Origin: Patescibacteria group bacterium
GTDB lineage: Bacteria > Patescibacteriota > Patescibacteriia > UBA9934
Direction of reading: 5' to 3'
DNA: 64,000 nucleotides
Assembly (NCBI GenBank): GCA_049296775.1
Contig: JBAQTB010000003.1
Location: 204,766-268,765 of the forward strand
The notes below the pieces were generated by a model. That model was not told the DNA's origin. It worked only from the letters and a program-made list of their open reading frames with translations, and did no database searches. Position numbers and translations under genes: made by a program. Below are positions 9,197 to 17,884 of this stretch, piece after piece (the first letter of the stretch is position 1; every line of letters starts with the position of its first letter).

Positions 9197-9453
9197 CCCC
9201 TCGGGAGGATACTTTCTTTACCAGAAAAGAAAGTATCCAAAGAAACCGCCCCGGCTTTAAGTCTGTCAGGGTTGAAGTTCGGCGTCACTCCGGGCAAACC
9301 TGGAGTTGGTCGAATTATTCCTAAGATTTCAACTTGTCTAGTGGAACCGACCAACACGGGATTTGCTATTCCTACGTTTCCGCCGAACTTCCTGACGAGG
9401 TCATCCCTAACAGACTCCGCCGGGGATCTGCAAACCACCGCTTACCGCCGTGA
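9197..9453 (-). ncRNA. Conserved structured element A (paralog of element B at 26567-26856); candidate novel ncRNA or cis-regulatory leader
   Basis: Shares with B identical blocks (GGATACTTTCTTT-loop-AAAGAAAGTATCC 13-bp hairpin, CAAAGAAA, CTGTCAG/CTGTCGAG, GGGCAAA, GCTATTCCT, CCGAA-TTCCTGA, CCACCGCTTACCGCCGTGA) and helices with compensatory changes; one G-U vs A-C difference weakly favours minus strand. Confidence 0.45.
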
Positions 9454-9491
9454 GTATCGCTCGGCAGCAAATCAGGAACACTTCTGATCTG

Positions 9492-9510
9492 AACCTTGCG
9501 TCGCAAAACA
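9492..9510. repeat. 19-bp direct repeat copy 2 (AACCTTGCGTCGCAAAACA)
   Basis: See copy 1 at 9160-9178. Confidence 0.5.
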
Positions 9511-9599
9511 TTTCTTCTCACCGTTCCTGCCGACAACCTAATCCCTCCTAACGTCGGGATAACACATAAGACGTCGATACCATTAAAACTACGCCATCA

Positions 9600-9628
9600 T
9601 TGACAAATAGTCGATTTTAGATTATAAA
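9600..9628 (+). promoter_or_regulatory. Sigma70-type promoter TTGACA-17-TATAAA for cassette gene 9726-10610
   Basis: TTGACAaatagtcgattttagatTATAAA; shares extended motif TTGACAAAWAGTCGATTTT with promoter at 62756. Confidence 0.5.
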
Positions 9629-9725
9629 GACCCCTGTTCTTTTCATTTTATTAGACTTCGTCTACCAATGAGTCCTGACGTGTAATCCGAACAGATCGAA
9701 CAAAAGCAAAACAGAGAGGTGGACA

Positions 9726-10610
9726 GTGGCACAAGACATCACGCCCGAACAGAGAGATCTCATCGTCAATCGCATCACAACTTCAGCGCGCGAGGCTATT
9801 GATAGCCTCAAGCTCAACGCCGACCAGGCGCGGCTCGTCATCGACAATCCAGACGGCCTCGCCAGGATTGTCGGCGATGTAATACGTAATCTTATCGCCT
9901 TATTTGTGGGCGTTGAGGAGCGCGTCAACAACGAGGCCTGCCTGATGTTAAGTGCAGACGAGGTGGCCAAACTGTCCGCCTGGTACCCCGACTACATCCC
10001 GGAAGGCATCAAGTCCGCGCGCGAGATCCTCGGCAACGACTTCATCTCGCCGGGCGAGATCGAGGCCAGCCGCCCCGGGCTCGTGTATAGCCTCTTGCAG
10101 TGGCAGGAACTCAGTAACAGCGTACCCTCAAAGGAGGTACTCGAATGGTGCCGCGATAACGGCTTCATGCTGGTAGCTGGCCCACCCCGTCCAATGTCGC
10201 TCCTCGAGATCCACGAACTCGACCGCGGCCACCTGCACTCGAAAGAGGCTAACTGGTACGCGGCTGAGAGCGAGGCCTTCGCCAGCTATGACAAGGCGGC
10301 CTGCCGCTGGCTCATGCTGCGCAAGGAGCCCGTGCCTGACTCCATAGAAAAGACCTGGGATGAGCAGCAACAGCTCCTCTCCAGCCTCGAGGTGACGCCC
10401 AACGTCGCCGAGCAGGTCTGGGGCTTGGCCATCTACAAGGCGGTCCGGGGCGTGGGTTTGTTACGGTTCGTATACGTCCGTACGTCGAGTACGGACTCGG
10501 ACGGTAACCGTGTGAGCGTCGGTTGCTTCGACCGGGACGGCACCATTCTCGTCCCCCACTACAATCATTGTCGGTACGACCGCATCGGAATCTCCTCCTC
10601 TCGGAAGTAG
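9726..10610 (+). CDS. Hypothetical protein (higher-GC, C-ending codon cassette gene), GTG start
   Basis: 294-aa ORF, RBS AGAGAGG upstream of GTG; codon third positions strongly C/G biased unlike neighbouring core genes; no known domain recognised. Confidence 0.6.
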   Translation: MAQDITPEQRDLIVNRITTSAREAIDSLKLNADQARLVIDNPDGLARIVGDVIRNLIALFVGVEERVNNEACLMLSADEVAKLSAWYPDYIPEGIKSAREILGNDFISPGEIEASRPGLVYSLLQWQELSNSVPSKEVLEWCRDNGFMLVAGPPRPMSLLEIHELDRGHLHSKEANWYAAESEAFASYDKAACRWLMLRKEPVPDSIEKTWDEQQQLLSSLEVTPNVAEQVWGLAIYKAVRGVGLLRFVYVRTSSTDSDGNRVSVGCFDRDGTILVPHYNHCRYDRIGISSSRK

Positions 10611-10659
10611 CAGCCCTCGTTCCTCGAGCCCTGTCCGTCGTTCACGGACATCGGGCCTT

Positions 10660-10700
10660 GATCCCCGCAAACCTAGGTTTGCGGGGATCTTTCTTTTTTT
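10660..10700 (+). terminator. Intrinsic terminator (perfect 14-bp palindrome GATCCCCGCAAACC-TAG-GGTTTGCGGGGATC + T-run)
   Basis: gatccccgcaaacctaggtttgcggggatctttcttttttt. Confidence 0.7.
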
Positions 10701-10818
10701 GGCCAAAAAAATCCTGGTGCTTGAGTCGTGAAATACTGATATCGAGAAGGGACGGGTCTGTGACCCGTCCCTACAGCCATCTTTGCCCTTTTGTGAACTT
10801 CAGGCATACTCGCAATAA

Positions 10819-11433
10819 TTGGTTATGAAGACATTTTTGACTTACGGTCTGGCTGCCGCGTTTGTGACCTTGGTCACAGTGCTCTTAGTGAGTCAAACTT
10901 TTGATACTAAGTGGCTAGGTGGTCTTGGTCCGGTACCAGTATGTGCCGCGACTGACATGACCGACCCCGCCAAAACTTTTGAGCGCGGCGCTATTCTACA
11001 AACTGGTACCGATGGATACGCTAAGTATCGCCTGTGTGACGGTACGATCGTGTATTTTGACCATGATACTCAGGTCAAACTTACACAGTATCGCCAGCCG
11101 GAGGCACAAACTGAAACTCAGCTCACCCTCATTCAAGGCCGGATCATTGTGGACGGTGTCGCTGACATCCAAACCCGAAATACCCGTGTCAGCACACGGG
11201 GCGCCGGTTGTGAATTAGTCCATTACAGTTGGCTAGATCAAGTAGACGTCACGCCCCTCTCCCCGCTCGGCTGCCAGCTGGCTAGCTCCAATCAAGCCTT
11301 ACAAACCCTCACCACCACTCGCCTGAACACGTTTACGGATGAAATTTTGCAAACACAAAAATTTACGCCTGCGACTTCGGCAGCCTTCGAGTTCTATCAA
11401 TACACCGGCTTACAATTCGAAACTTTGGAATAA
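10819..11433 (+). CDS. Exported/membrane-anchored hypothetical protein
   Basis: N-terminal hydrophobic segment MKTFLTYGLAAAFVTLVTVLLV, no domain recognised. Confidence 0.5.
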   Translation: MVMKTFLTYGLAAAFVTLVTVLLVSQTFDTKWLGGLGPVPVCAATDMTDPAKTFERGAILQTGTDGYAKYRLCDGTIVYFDHDTQVKLTQYRQPEAQTETQLTLIQGRIIVDGVADIQTRNTRVSTRGAGCELVHYSWLDQVDVTPLSPLGCQLASSNQALQTLTTTRLNTFTDEILQTQKFTPATSAAFEFYQYTGLQFETLE

Positions 11434-12810
11434 ACTTGGAATCACAATCTCCGCCGACAAATTCTTGCCTAAAAATTCGGCAAAATCTTGTTTAACCGGG
11501 TCATCACCGTGAACGAGAAAAATTTTCTGCACGCTGCCATTAAGCGGATGCAACCAACGTAACAATTTTTCCTTGTCGCCGTGTGCTGAAAAAGCTTTAA
11601 TGTCCATCAACTCCGCCCGTACCTGAAAATCGCGCTTGTGAATGCGGACGGTTTTTTCACGGTCCAAAATGCGTCGGCCAAGCGTGCCACGCGCCTGATA
11701 ACCGACCACCAAAATGCCACTCAAAGGATCGCTAATCAAATGTTTGAGGTGATGCATGACTCGCCCACCGGTCATCATGCCGTTACCCGCAATAATGATC
11801 TTGGCGCGTTTATCTTCATTAATCAGCTTAGAGGCTTCAGTCGACATGGTTTCCTTCAAATTCGGAAATGAGAAAAAATCCTTGTCTGGACCCAAGACCT
11901 TACTATCGAACTTTAAATACTGTTCAAAGTGCCTGTAGACAGCCGTAGCCCGAATGGCCATCGGACTATCTAAATAAATCGGCACGCTTGGGATTTTTTT
12001 AGCCATCAACAACTGATCCAGTTCATACAGTAACTCTTGCGTCCGCTCAATAGAAAAAGCCGGAATGATCAGACTCCCCCCGCGCCCCAAAACCTTGTGA
12101 GCAAACTCGACTAACATCTTGCCACGCATCGCCGCCGGTTCATGGACGCTGTTCCCGTAAGTAGATTCACACACCACCACGTCCGCGTGGTTGATCGGCT
12201 CGGTCTCAGACAAAATCGGAATGTTGTCATTACCAATATCGCCGCTAAAGATTAGCCGAAAAGGTTTCCCATCAGCCCCTTGACGCTCCTCAACGTCAAT
12301 AGACACGTAAGCGGATCCCAAGATGTGTCCAGCGTCATGAAACATCACCCTCACCCCAGGAGCGGCCTCAATCTCCGTGTGATAACCAATCCCTCTAATC
12401 TGCGCTATGGCCGCGGCTTTATCTTCTGGTCCAAATGGCACCGGGTCACCACAGCGTTCAGCGTTCTCCGTCATGATCTTCAAGGAATCCTCCAGGATGA
12501 TGTCTGTCAAAGCTTTAGTGGGAGCCGTCATGTAAATCGGTCCCGTGTAACCAAGCTTGATCAACTCTGGTAATCTACCCGTATGATCAAAATGAGCGTG
12601 CGTAACCACAACGGCGTCTAAACTCTTAACGTCAAACTGAAAAGGTTCCAAACTCTTCAGCATACACATGCGCTCCCCCTGCTTCATGCCTGCATCCACC
12701 AAAATCTTAGCCTTACTGGTTTCTAACAAAAAACAGGATCCCGTCACCTCCTCTACTGCTCCATGGAATGATAGTTGCATATTGGTTCGATTATACATGG
12801 CAAAGTGCAA
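11410..12810 (-). CDS. Metallo-beta-lactamase/beta-CASP ribonuclease (RNase J-like)
   Basis: HAHFDHTG motif, beta-CASP region, size 466 aa; start codon uncertain (possible start at internal MQLSFHG). Confidence 0.75.
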   Translation of the reverse strand: MHFAMYNRTNMQLSFHGAVEEVTGSCFLLETSKAKILVDAGMKQGERMCMLKSLEPFQFDVKSLDAVVVTHAHFDHTGRLPELIKLGYTGPIYMTAPTKALTDIILEDSLKIMTENAERCGDPVPFGPEDKAAAIAQIRGIGYHTEIEAAPGVRVMFHDAGHILGSAYVSIDVEERQGADGKPFRLIFSGDIGNDNIPILSETEPINHADVVVCESTYGNSVHEPAAMRGKMLVEFAHKVLGRGGSLIIPAFSIERTQELLYELDQLLMAKKIPSVPIYLDSPMAIRATAVYRHFEQYLKFDSKVLGPDKDFFSFPNLKETMSTEASKLINEDKRAKIIIAGNGMMTGGRVMHHLKHLISDPLSGILVVGYQARGTLGRRILDREKTVRIHKRDFQVRAELMDIKAFSAHGDKEKLLRWLHPLNGSVQKIFLVHGDDPVKQDFAEFLGKNLSAEIVIPSLFQSFEL

Positions 12811-12949
12811 ACTGACCTCCCCTAACCCCCTCCTTACATTTCCTAAATCACTCGCGTCACACCCTTAATAACCTCACAGATCCTTCGCCTACGCTCAGGA
12901 TGGGCTAGGGCAACTAAATTCTAACAGCTAATATCTTTGCCCCGATCGC

Positions 12950-13993
12950 TTGTCATCTTGCAACGCCTCCTGTAAACTCCCCCTTTCTATGAAACTTGAC
13001 TGGAAAGCCCTCCCACGCCCCATCATCGCCCTCTCCCCCATGGCCGACATGACGGACTCGGCTTTTTGTCGTGTGGTAAAAGAGGTCTCAGGGGAGGACT
13101 GCAATCGTGACGGCAAGGGTAATTTTCCGATTGTGTTCCGGGAGATGGTCTCGGCGGAAGCGGTAGTCCGGGGCAATAACAAGACTTTGGACATGACCGA
13201 CGTCTATCCGGATGAACGTCCGCTAGTGCAGCAGATCTTTGGCAGTGACCCCGCTACCATGGCGGAGGCGGCTAGGATTATCGCTGAACAACACCAACCC
13301 GAAGGTTTCGATATCAACATGGGTTGTCCGGTCTACAAAATCGTCCATAACTTTAACGGCGCCGCTCTCATGCAAGAGCCCGTCCTCGCCAGCAAGATCG
13401 TGAAGGCTATGAAGGCAGTGATCGACGTGCCTTTGTCCGTCAAGATTCGTTTGGGTTGGAGTGATCCCACCGAGTGTCTGACCTTTGCTAAGGTGCTAGA
13501 AGAGGCCGGAGCGGATTTGATCACTATCCACGGCCGTACCAAAATGCAGGGGTATTCTGGAGTAGCGGATTGGGAGATGATTCGTCGGGCCAAAGCTGAG
13601 GTCAGTATTCCCGTCCTAGCCAACGGCGACATTCACAAATCCGAACTCATGCCCAAAGCCCTGGGCGTCACCGCCTGCGACGGGCTCCTCATAGCTAGAG
13701 GTGCACTGGGTAATCCCTGGATCTTTACAGAGTATTTGGACTTAGCCGCCGGCCGCACCCCCTCCCCCGTGACGCTCACTGAACGCCTCCGAGTGGTAAA
13801 TCGGCATCTAGACTTACACGTAGAGCAATACGGCCCCCGTTCGGTCAATACCTTCCGCAAGCACTTATCCTGGTATTTCAAAGGCTTACCTGGCTTTAAG
13901 AAATATAAGGAACCCATGATGAAAGCGCTCACACCTGAAGACTTGAAAACCGTGTTTCGTGCTATGCTTGAAACTCCGGAAGTTCTCGTGTAG
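12950..13993 (+). CDS. tRNA-dihydrouridine synthase (Dus family)
   Basis: LSPMADMTDSAFCRV, NMGCPV, TIHGRT motifs of Dus; true start probably the internal ATG (MKLDWKAL, ~12989). Confidence 0.85.
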   Translation: MSSCNASCKLPLSMKLDWKALPRPIIALSPMADMTDSAFCRVVKEVSGEDCNRDGKGNFPIVFREMVSAEAVVRGNNKTLDMTDVYPDERPLVQQIFGSDPATMAEAARIIAEQHQPEGFDINMGCPVYKIVHNFNGAALMQEPVLASKIVKAMKAVIDVPLSVKIRLGWSDPTECLTFAKVLEEAGADLITIHGRTKMQGYSGVADWEMIRRAKAEVSIPVLANGDIHKSELMPKALGVTACDGLLIARGALGNPWIFTEYLDLAAGRTPSPVTLTERLRVVNRHLDLHVEQYGPRSVNTFRKHLSWYFKGLPGFKKYKEPMMKALTPEDLKTVFRAMLETPEVLV

Positions 13994-14022
13994 CCTGCCG
14001 TTATTCTGATATTTGAGAAGTT

Positions 14023-14967
14023 ATGAAATTGGGTATTTTAACCTTCGTGGAGTCAAAGCGAGGGATTGCGGTAGGCACCGAAGGGATTGTCGCGGAAGCC
14101 AAGTCCCGTGGTCATGAGGTCACTATCCTGTACGCCAAGTACGTCGGGCTAGTTTTTGGTAACGGCAAAACCTTGACCTACAAAGGTCAGCTTTTGTCTG
14201 CTGAAGATTTTGATCTAATTTTAGTTAGGCCAGGCTTTACTAAAGACCCCAGCGCTCCGTCTTCAATTATCAAACAGTTCCAGCTAGCGGGCTTCTCTGT
14301 CATTAACGGTTACATTGGCGTTTTCAGAACCAAGAACAAAATTCGTACGTTGCAGATGCTCAACCACTTTGGTATTCCTGTCCCTAAAACTCACGTGGTC
14401 GCTGAACCGGAATTTTTGGCAGATGTTACCAAGGACTTTACGTTCCCGGTCATCATCAAGACGATTTTTGGCACTCATGGTACTGGCGTGTTCATCGCCG
14501 AGTCCATGCGTTCCCTCTCCCCCATTGTGGAGTACTTAACCAAACGTGAACACGGTCCGGTTAAAGTGCAGGAATATATTGCCGAGGCTCAAGGCAAAGA
14601 TATTCGCATTTTTGTGTGTGGCAAACGGATCGTAGCCGCCATGGAGCGCAGCGCCAAAGACGGCGAGTTCCGTGCCAACTTTCACAAAGGCGGTTCTGTG
14701 CTAAATGCCATCCTGTCTAAAGCCGAACAAGAGCTAGCTATCAAGGCGACCGTTACCCTTGGCTTAGATATTGCCGGCGTCGACATTTTAAGAACAAAAA
14801 CTGGTCCTAAGATTATCGAGGTTAACTCCAACCCAGGCCTAGAAGGTATCTCTAAAGCTAGCGGGATTAACGTGGCTGCCAAACTGGTTGATTTCCTAGA
14901 ACGCCGCTTAACCCGATTATCAAAAACTAAAAAAACGCCTCTCACTAAACGGAAGATGACCGAGTAG
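14023..14967 (+). CDS. RimK-family ATP-grasp ligase
   Basis: ATP-grasp architecture, RimK-like motifs (FPVIIK, DIRIFV, GGS..N); 314 aa. Confidence 0.7.
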   Translation: MKLGILTFVESKRGIAVGTEGIVAEAKSRGHEVTILYAKYVGLVFGNGKTLTYKGQLLSAEDFDLILVRPGFTKDPSAPSSIIKQFQLAGFSVINGYIGVFRTKNKIRTLQMLNHFGIPVPKTHVVAEPEFLADVTKDFTFPVIIKTIFGTHGTGVFIAESMRSLSPIVEYLTKREHGPVKVQEYIAEAQGKDIRIFVCGKRIVAAMERSAKDGEFRANFHKGGSVLNAILSKAEQELAIKATVTLGLDIAGVDILRTKTGPKIIEVNSNPGLEGISKASGINVAAKLVDFLERRLTRLSKTKKTPLTKRKMTE

Positions 14968-15310
14968 CAAAGTAATCCTTAGCCAAAGCCACATCAGCGG
15001 CCACCTTAGCTTTCATCTGCTGTTCACTCACCCACGGCACGTGAGCACTAATCAACTCCAAAATTTCGACCTCTAACTGCTGCCCGTACAAGTCACCGGA
15101 AAAATCAAACAGGTGAACTTCAAATTTATCACTCCCCACCACGCCGGCGTACATCACGGCGTCGTATTTTGTTTTGTTGACACTCGCTATGCCAACGTAA
15201 GCCCCAGGCTCCAGGTCAATATACTCTTCGACCTCTAAATTCGCGGTTGGCAAACCAAAAGCCAGTGTAGCAAAACCTTGGCCTTTAACCACCTTGCCAA
15301 CTAATTTCAT
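14945..15310 (-). CDS. Riboflavin kinase (RibF C-terminal-type flavokinase)
   Basis: GKVVKGQGFATLAFGLPTANLEV matches flavokinase G.V..G.GRG..LGFPTAN motif; 121 aa. Confidence 0.6.
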   Translation of the reverse strand: MKLVGKVVKGQGFATLAFGLPTANLEVEEYIDLEPGAYVGIASVNKTKYDAVMYAGVVGSDKFEVHLFDFSGDLYGQQLEVEILELISAHVPWVSEQQMKAKVAADVALAKDYFATRSSSV

Positions 15311-15358
15311 ATCCTCACCACCTTACCGGCAATGACCAGCCTGGTCAATTTGGCACTC

Positions 15359-15387
15359 TTGACCTACAGCCAAAACATGGCTATCTT
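15359..15387 (+). promoter_or_regulatory. Sigma70-type promoter TTGACC-17-TATCTT for cassette gene 15449-16315
   Basis: cTTGACCtacagccaaaacatggcTATCTT, divergent from riboflavin kinase gene. Confidence 0.4.
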
Positions 15388-15448
15388 ACTCTGTTGTTAA
15401 AATTACCCTTCTGGCGATTCAAGCAACAACCAACACGTGGGAGATACC

Positions 15449-16315
15449 ATGTCCAATGTCGAGATTCCTCCTCTCAGCAAAGATCAGATCATGGACCTGT
15501 TGCTCATCAGTGGGCAGCAGGCAGCGCTGATCCGTGCTAAGCTCATCGATTTTCTCACCCTGCACGGCATCCCCAACCTAGCGGCACGGACCACCGGCGA
15601 GCTGGTGGGTGAAGTGATTTTGCTAGAGAAGACCATCGGGCCGCTTGGTACCGTCATGCAGAGCGTGGTTGCACCAAGTTCGATCCACCTCGAGCCCGAG
15701 CATCACTCAGCTGCCCGCCGTATCATGGGCGACAACTTCATGGGCATACCTGAAGTCACGAAAAGCTTCGGGTTCATCGATCTCAAGACACAGGCGTCGC
15801 TCTCTGTCATCCCGTTCGACGAAGCCACGCTCCGCGACTGTCGCCACACACACATGCTCGTGGCCGACACCGGCCTCAGCATCAAAGGAGTACGTCAACG
15901 CATAAAATATGCTCTGACGTGGGATCATCCTGAAGTCGAGGAACTCGCTAAACTTAACGAGTCGCCTGCGTGGCGACTAATCCAAACGCGCGAAGTGACT
16001 CACTCTGGGTGCAAAGAGTGGAATAAACAGTGCCGTCTGCTTGGTCAGGATGAGTACGTACCGACAGCCCGCCAACTGGTACACGCGATCATGCAGACCT
16101 TAGCCAAGCCAACTCTGACAGCAGCGATCATCATCCGAACAAATGATGTAACCTCAACCAAGAAACGTGTAACTCTACGCTTCACCCACTTCAGAGAACT
16201 CCGAATCGAGCAAGGGGATGACTCCAGTCTGGACTCCAACCTCAGAATAATGTGCGCGAAGAAGCCCCCGATCGAAGTTCCTCAGGAGTCGTCAACAAAT
16301 AGCTCGGCTGGCTGA
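15449..16315 (+). CDS. Hypothetical protein (higher-GC cassette gene)
   Basis: ORF track start 15437 is GTG; ATG at 15449 has RBS GGGAGA 5 nt upstream; C-ending codon bias; no domain recognised. Confidence 0.55.
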   Translation: MSNVEIPPLSKDQIMDLLLISGQQAALIRAKLIDFLTLHGIPNLAARTTGELVGEVILLEKTIGPLGTVMQSVVAPSSIHLEPEHHSAARRIMGDNFMGIPEVTKSFGFIDLKTQASLSVIPFDEATLRDCRHTHMLVADTGLSIKGVRQRIKYALTWDHPEVEELAKLNESPAWRLIQTREVTHSGCKEWNKQCRLLGQDEYVPTARQLVHAIMQTLAKPTLTAAIIIRTNDVTSTKKRVTLRFTHFRELRIEQGDDSSLDSNLRIMCAKKPPIEVPQESSTNSSAG

Positions 16316-16338
16316 AGCAAATCGGCCGTACGCCTCTG

Positions 16339-16372
16339 GGGCCGTCCATCACTGGACGGCCCTGTTTTTTTT
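16339..16372 (+). terminator. Intrinsic terminator (GGCCGUCCA-UCAC-UGGACGGCC + U9)
   Basis: ggccgtccatcactggacggccctgttttttttt. Confidence 0.7.
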
Positions 16373-16395
16373 ACTGCACAGCTATACCCAGACCA

Positions 16396-16424
16396 TTGAC
16401 ATTTGGATGATTTTCTGCTAATCT
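16396..16424 (+). promoter_or_regulatory. Sigma70-type promoter TTGACA-17-TAATCT (with TGn) for cassette gene 16528-17253
   Basis: TTGACAtttggatgattttctgcTAATCT. Confidence 0.45.
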
Positions 16425-16527
16425 ATGCCGTTGTTGAACCTGGCATTTTGTTCCGAGTCCTTGGACCAAAGTGCCGTGTTTAACCAAGAATTGGTAGAAC
16501 ATAGCGAGACAACACAGGAGAGTCACC

Positions 16528-17253
16528 ATGCTTCAGAATTCCGAGCTCATCCACGACCTGTTCACCCCGCTCACCGACAAGCTGGCAATGGTGAGGAACT
16601 GGCCGGGCATCAATCCCAAAGAGGTTGACGAGGCCCTTAAAACGGCCGTTTACAATGGCACGATCATTGGTTACGAAGCTGAGGTACCCAAGAACAGGCA
16701 CCTCGACATCGTGATCACGCCCTACCGCGAGTCCGTCGCCGCCACGGCCTGCTACCTGCGTGACCGGATGGAGGAAGTCCACGGCGACCGCTACTGGCAA
16801 TGGCCCGAGGCCTACAACGAAAACATCGATGAGAACCGCATCAAGCTCATCGACGGTGCCGCGCCGTTCACCCCGAACCGGATCGTCATCGAGGTCGTAG
16901 ACTTCGGTACGAACTGGGATCGACAGATCGGTCTCATCGCCCAGGAAGTCCAGAAGGTCCAGGCCGACACGCTCGCTGGTTTCGCGGTCATCGCGAACGC
17001 CAGCCAGAGCCCGCGCTGGGTCGAACAGATGGACGGCCACACCGTGCCCTACGCCCTGGCCGCTCTCCTGCTTCTCAACGTGCCGCGGTGCGGCTCGTGG
17101 TCGTTCATGCCGAAGGTCTGTGACGGGGGCGGCAAGGCGGAGCTGGACGGCTACCACGTCGAGGACCGGTGCTGCCACGCTCTGCCCGTCCTCCGGAAGT
17201 ACCCTGACATCGTCGGCGAGATCGGCGACATGTTGCTCAAAGACTTACGCTGA
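16528..17253 (+). CDS. Hypothetical protein (higher-GC cassette gene)
   Basis: RBS AGGAGAG 6 nt upstream of ATG; strong C-ending codon bias; no domain recognised. Confidence 0.55.
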   Translation: MLQNSELIHDLFTPLTDKLAMVRNWPGINPKEVDEALKTAVYNGTIIGYEAEVPKNRHLDIVITPYRESVAATACYLRDRMEEVHGDRYWQWPEAYNENIDENRIKLIDGAAPFTPNRIVIEVVDFGTNWDRQIGLIAQEVQKVQADTLAGFAVIANASQSPRWVEQMDGHTVPYALAALLLLNVPRCGSWSFMPKVCDGGGKAELDGYHVEDRCCHALPVLRKYPDIVGEIGDMLLKDLR

Positions 17254-17272
17254 AGCTCACTCAGCCACCTCA

Positions 17273-17308
17273 CGACACCTGGAAAATCCTCACCAGGTGT
17301 CGTTTTTA
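17273..17308 (+). terminator. Intrinsic terminator (CGACACCUGG...CCAGGUGUCG + U5)
   Basis: cgacacctggaaaatcctcaccaggtgtcgttttt. Confidence 0.7.
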
Positions 17309-17371
17309 ATTACCTCGACTTGCACCTGTATTTTTGATAGATTTTGGTAAAATCGATCAATCTAAAAAACT

Positions 17372-17836
17372 ATGCACAATCACGCCCCGGAAAATTATTG
17401 TTGTCCGATCTGTATTGCTATCAGCGGTATCGAGAATGATGACACATGGATAAAACAAGCTGATATTTTTTATCTAGATGATCTAGTGATGGGGTTGATT
17501 AGTTCCAAAGCTATCAAAGGCAACGATGGCCACCCGCTCATTGTGCCCCTCAAACATTTTGAGAATTTATACGACTTGCCCGATGCATACTCTCATCGGA
17601 TCATCGCGGTTGCTCGTAAAGTAGCCATAGCTATGAAAGTAGTACGGCAATGCGATGGAGTAACGGTCCTGCAGAATAATGAACCCGCCGGCGACCAACA
17701 CGCTTTTCATTATCACATGCACCTGGTACCTCGCTTTACCGACGATCATTTTCCTGAAGAACTGTGGAAGGCACAAAAATCAAACCCAAAAGATCGAATC
17801 GAATATGCTCAGACCTTAAAGAAGCAGTTGGCATAA
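17372..17836 (+). CDS. HIT-family (histidine triad) protein
   Basis: HAFHYHMHLVPR histidine-triad motif near C-terminus. Confidence 0.8.
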   Translation: MHNHAPENYCCPICIAISGIENDDTWIKQADIFYLDDLVMGLISSKAIKGNDGHPLIVPLKHFENLYDLPDAYSHRIIAVARKVAIAMKVVRQCDGVTVLQNNEPAGDQHAFHYHMHLVPRFTDDHFPEELWKAQKSNPKDRIEYAQTLKKQLA

Positions 17837-17884
17837 AAGGTTTGGACTTGCTACTATGCTGGCGTCCAAATGCGGAGGATAACC

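Noticed and set aside
10633-10649. Second small hairpin (GUCCGU-CGUUC-ACGGAC) just upstream of the 10660 terminator, considered as a separate regulatory site
   Set aside because: It is short, lies inside the 3-prime untranslated tail of the same cassette gene, and is adequately explained as part of a compound terminator.
16480-17178. Antisense and overlapping ORFs inside confidently assigned genes (for example 16480-17178, 36132-36761, 550-921, 44908-45363, 8041-8712, 41062-41508)
   Set aside because: They lie entirely within longer ORFs with clear family signatures on the other strand or frame. Their composition is typical of out-of-frame translation of GC-rich coding sequence.
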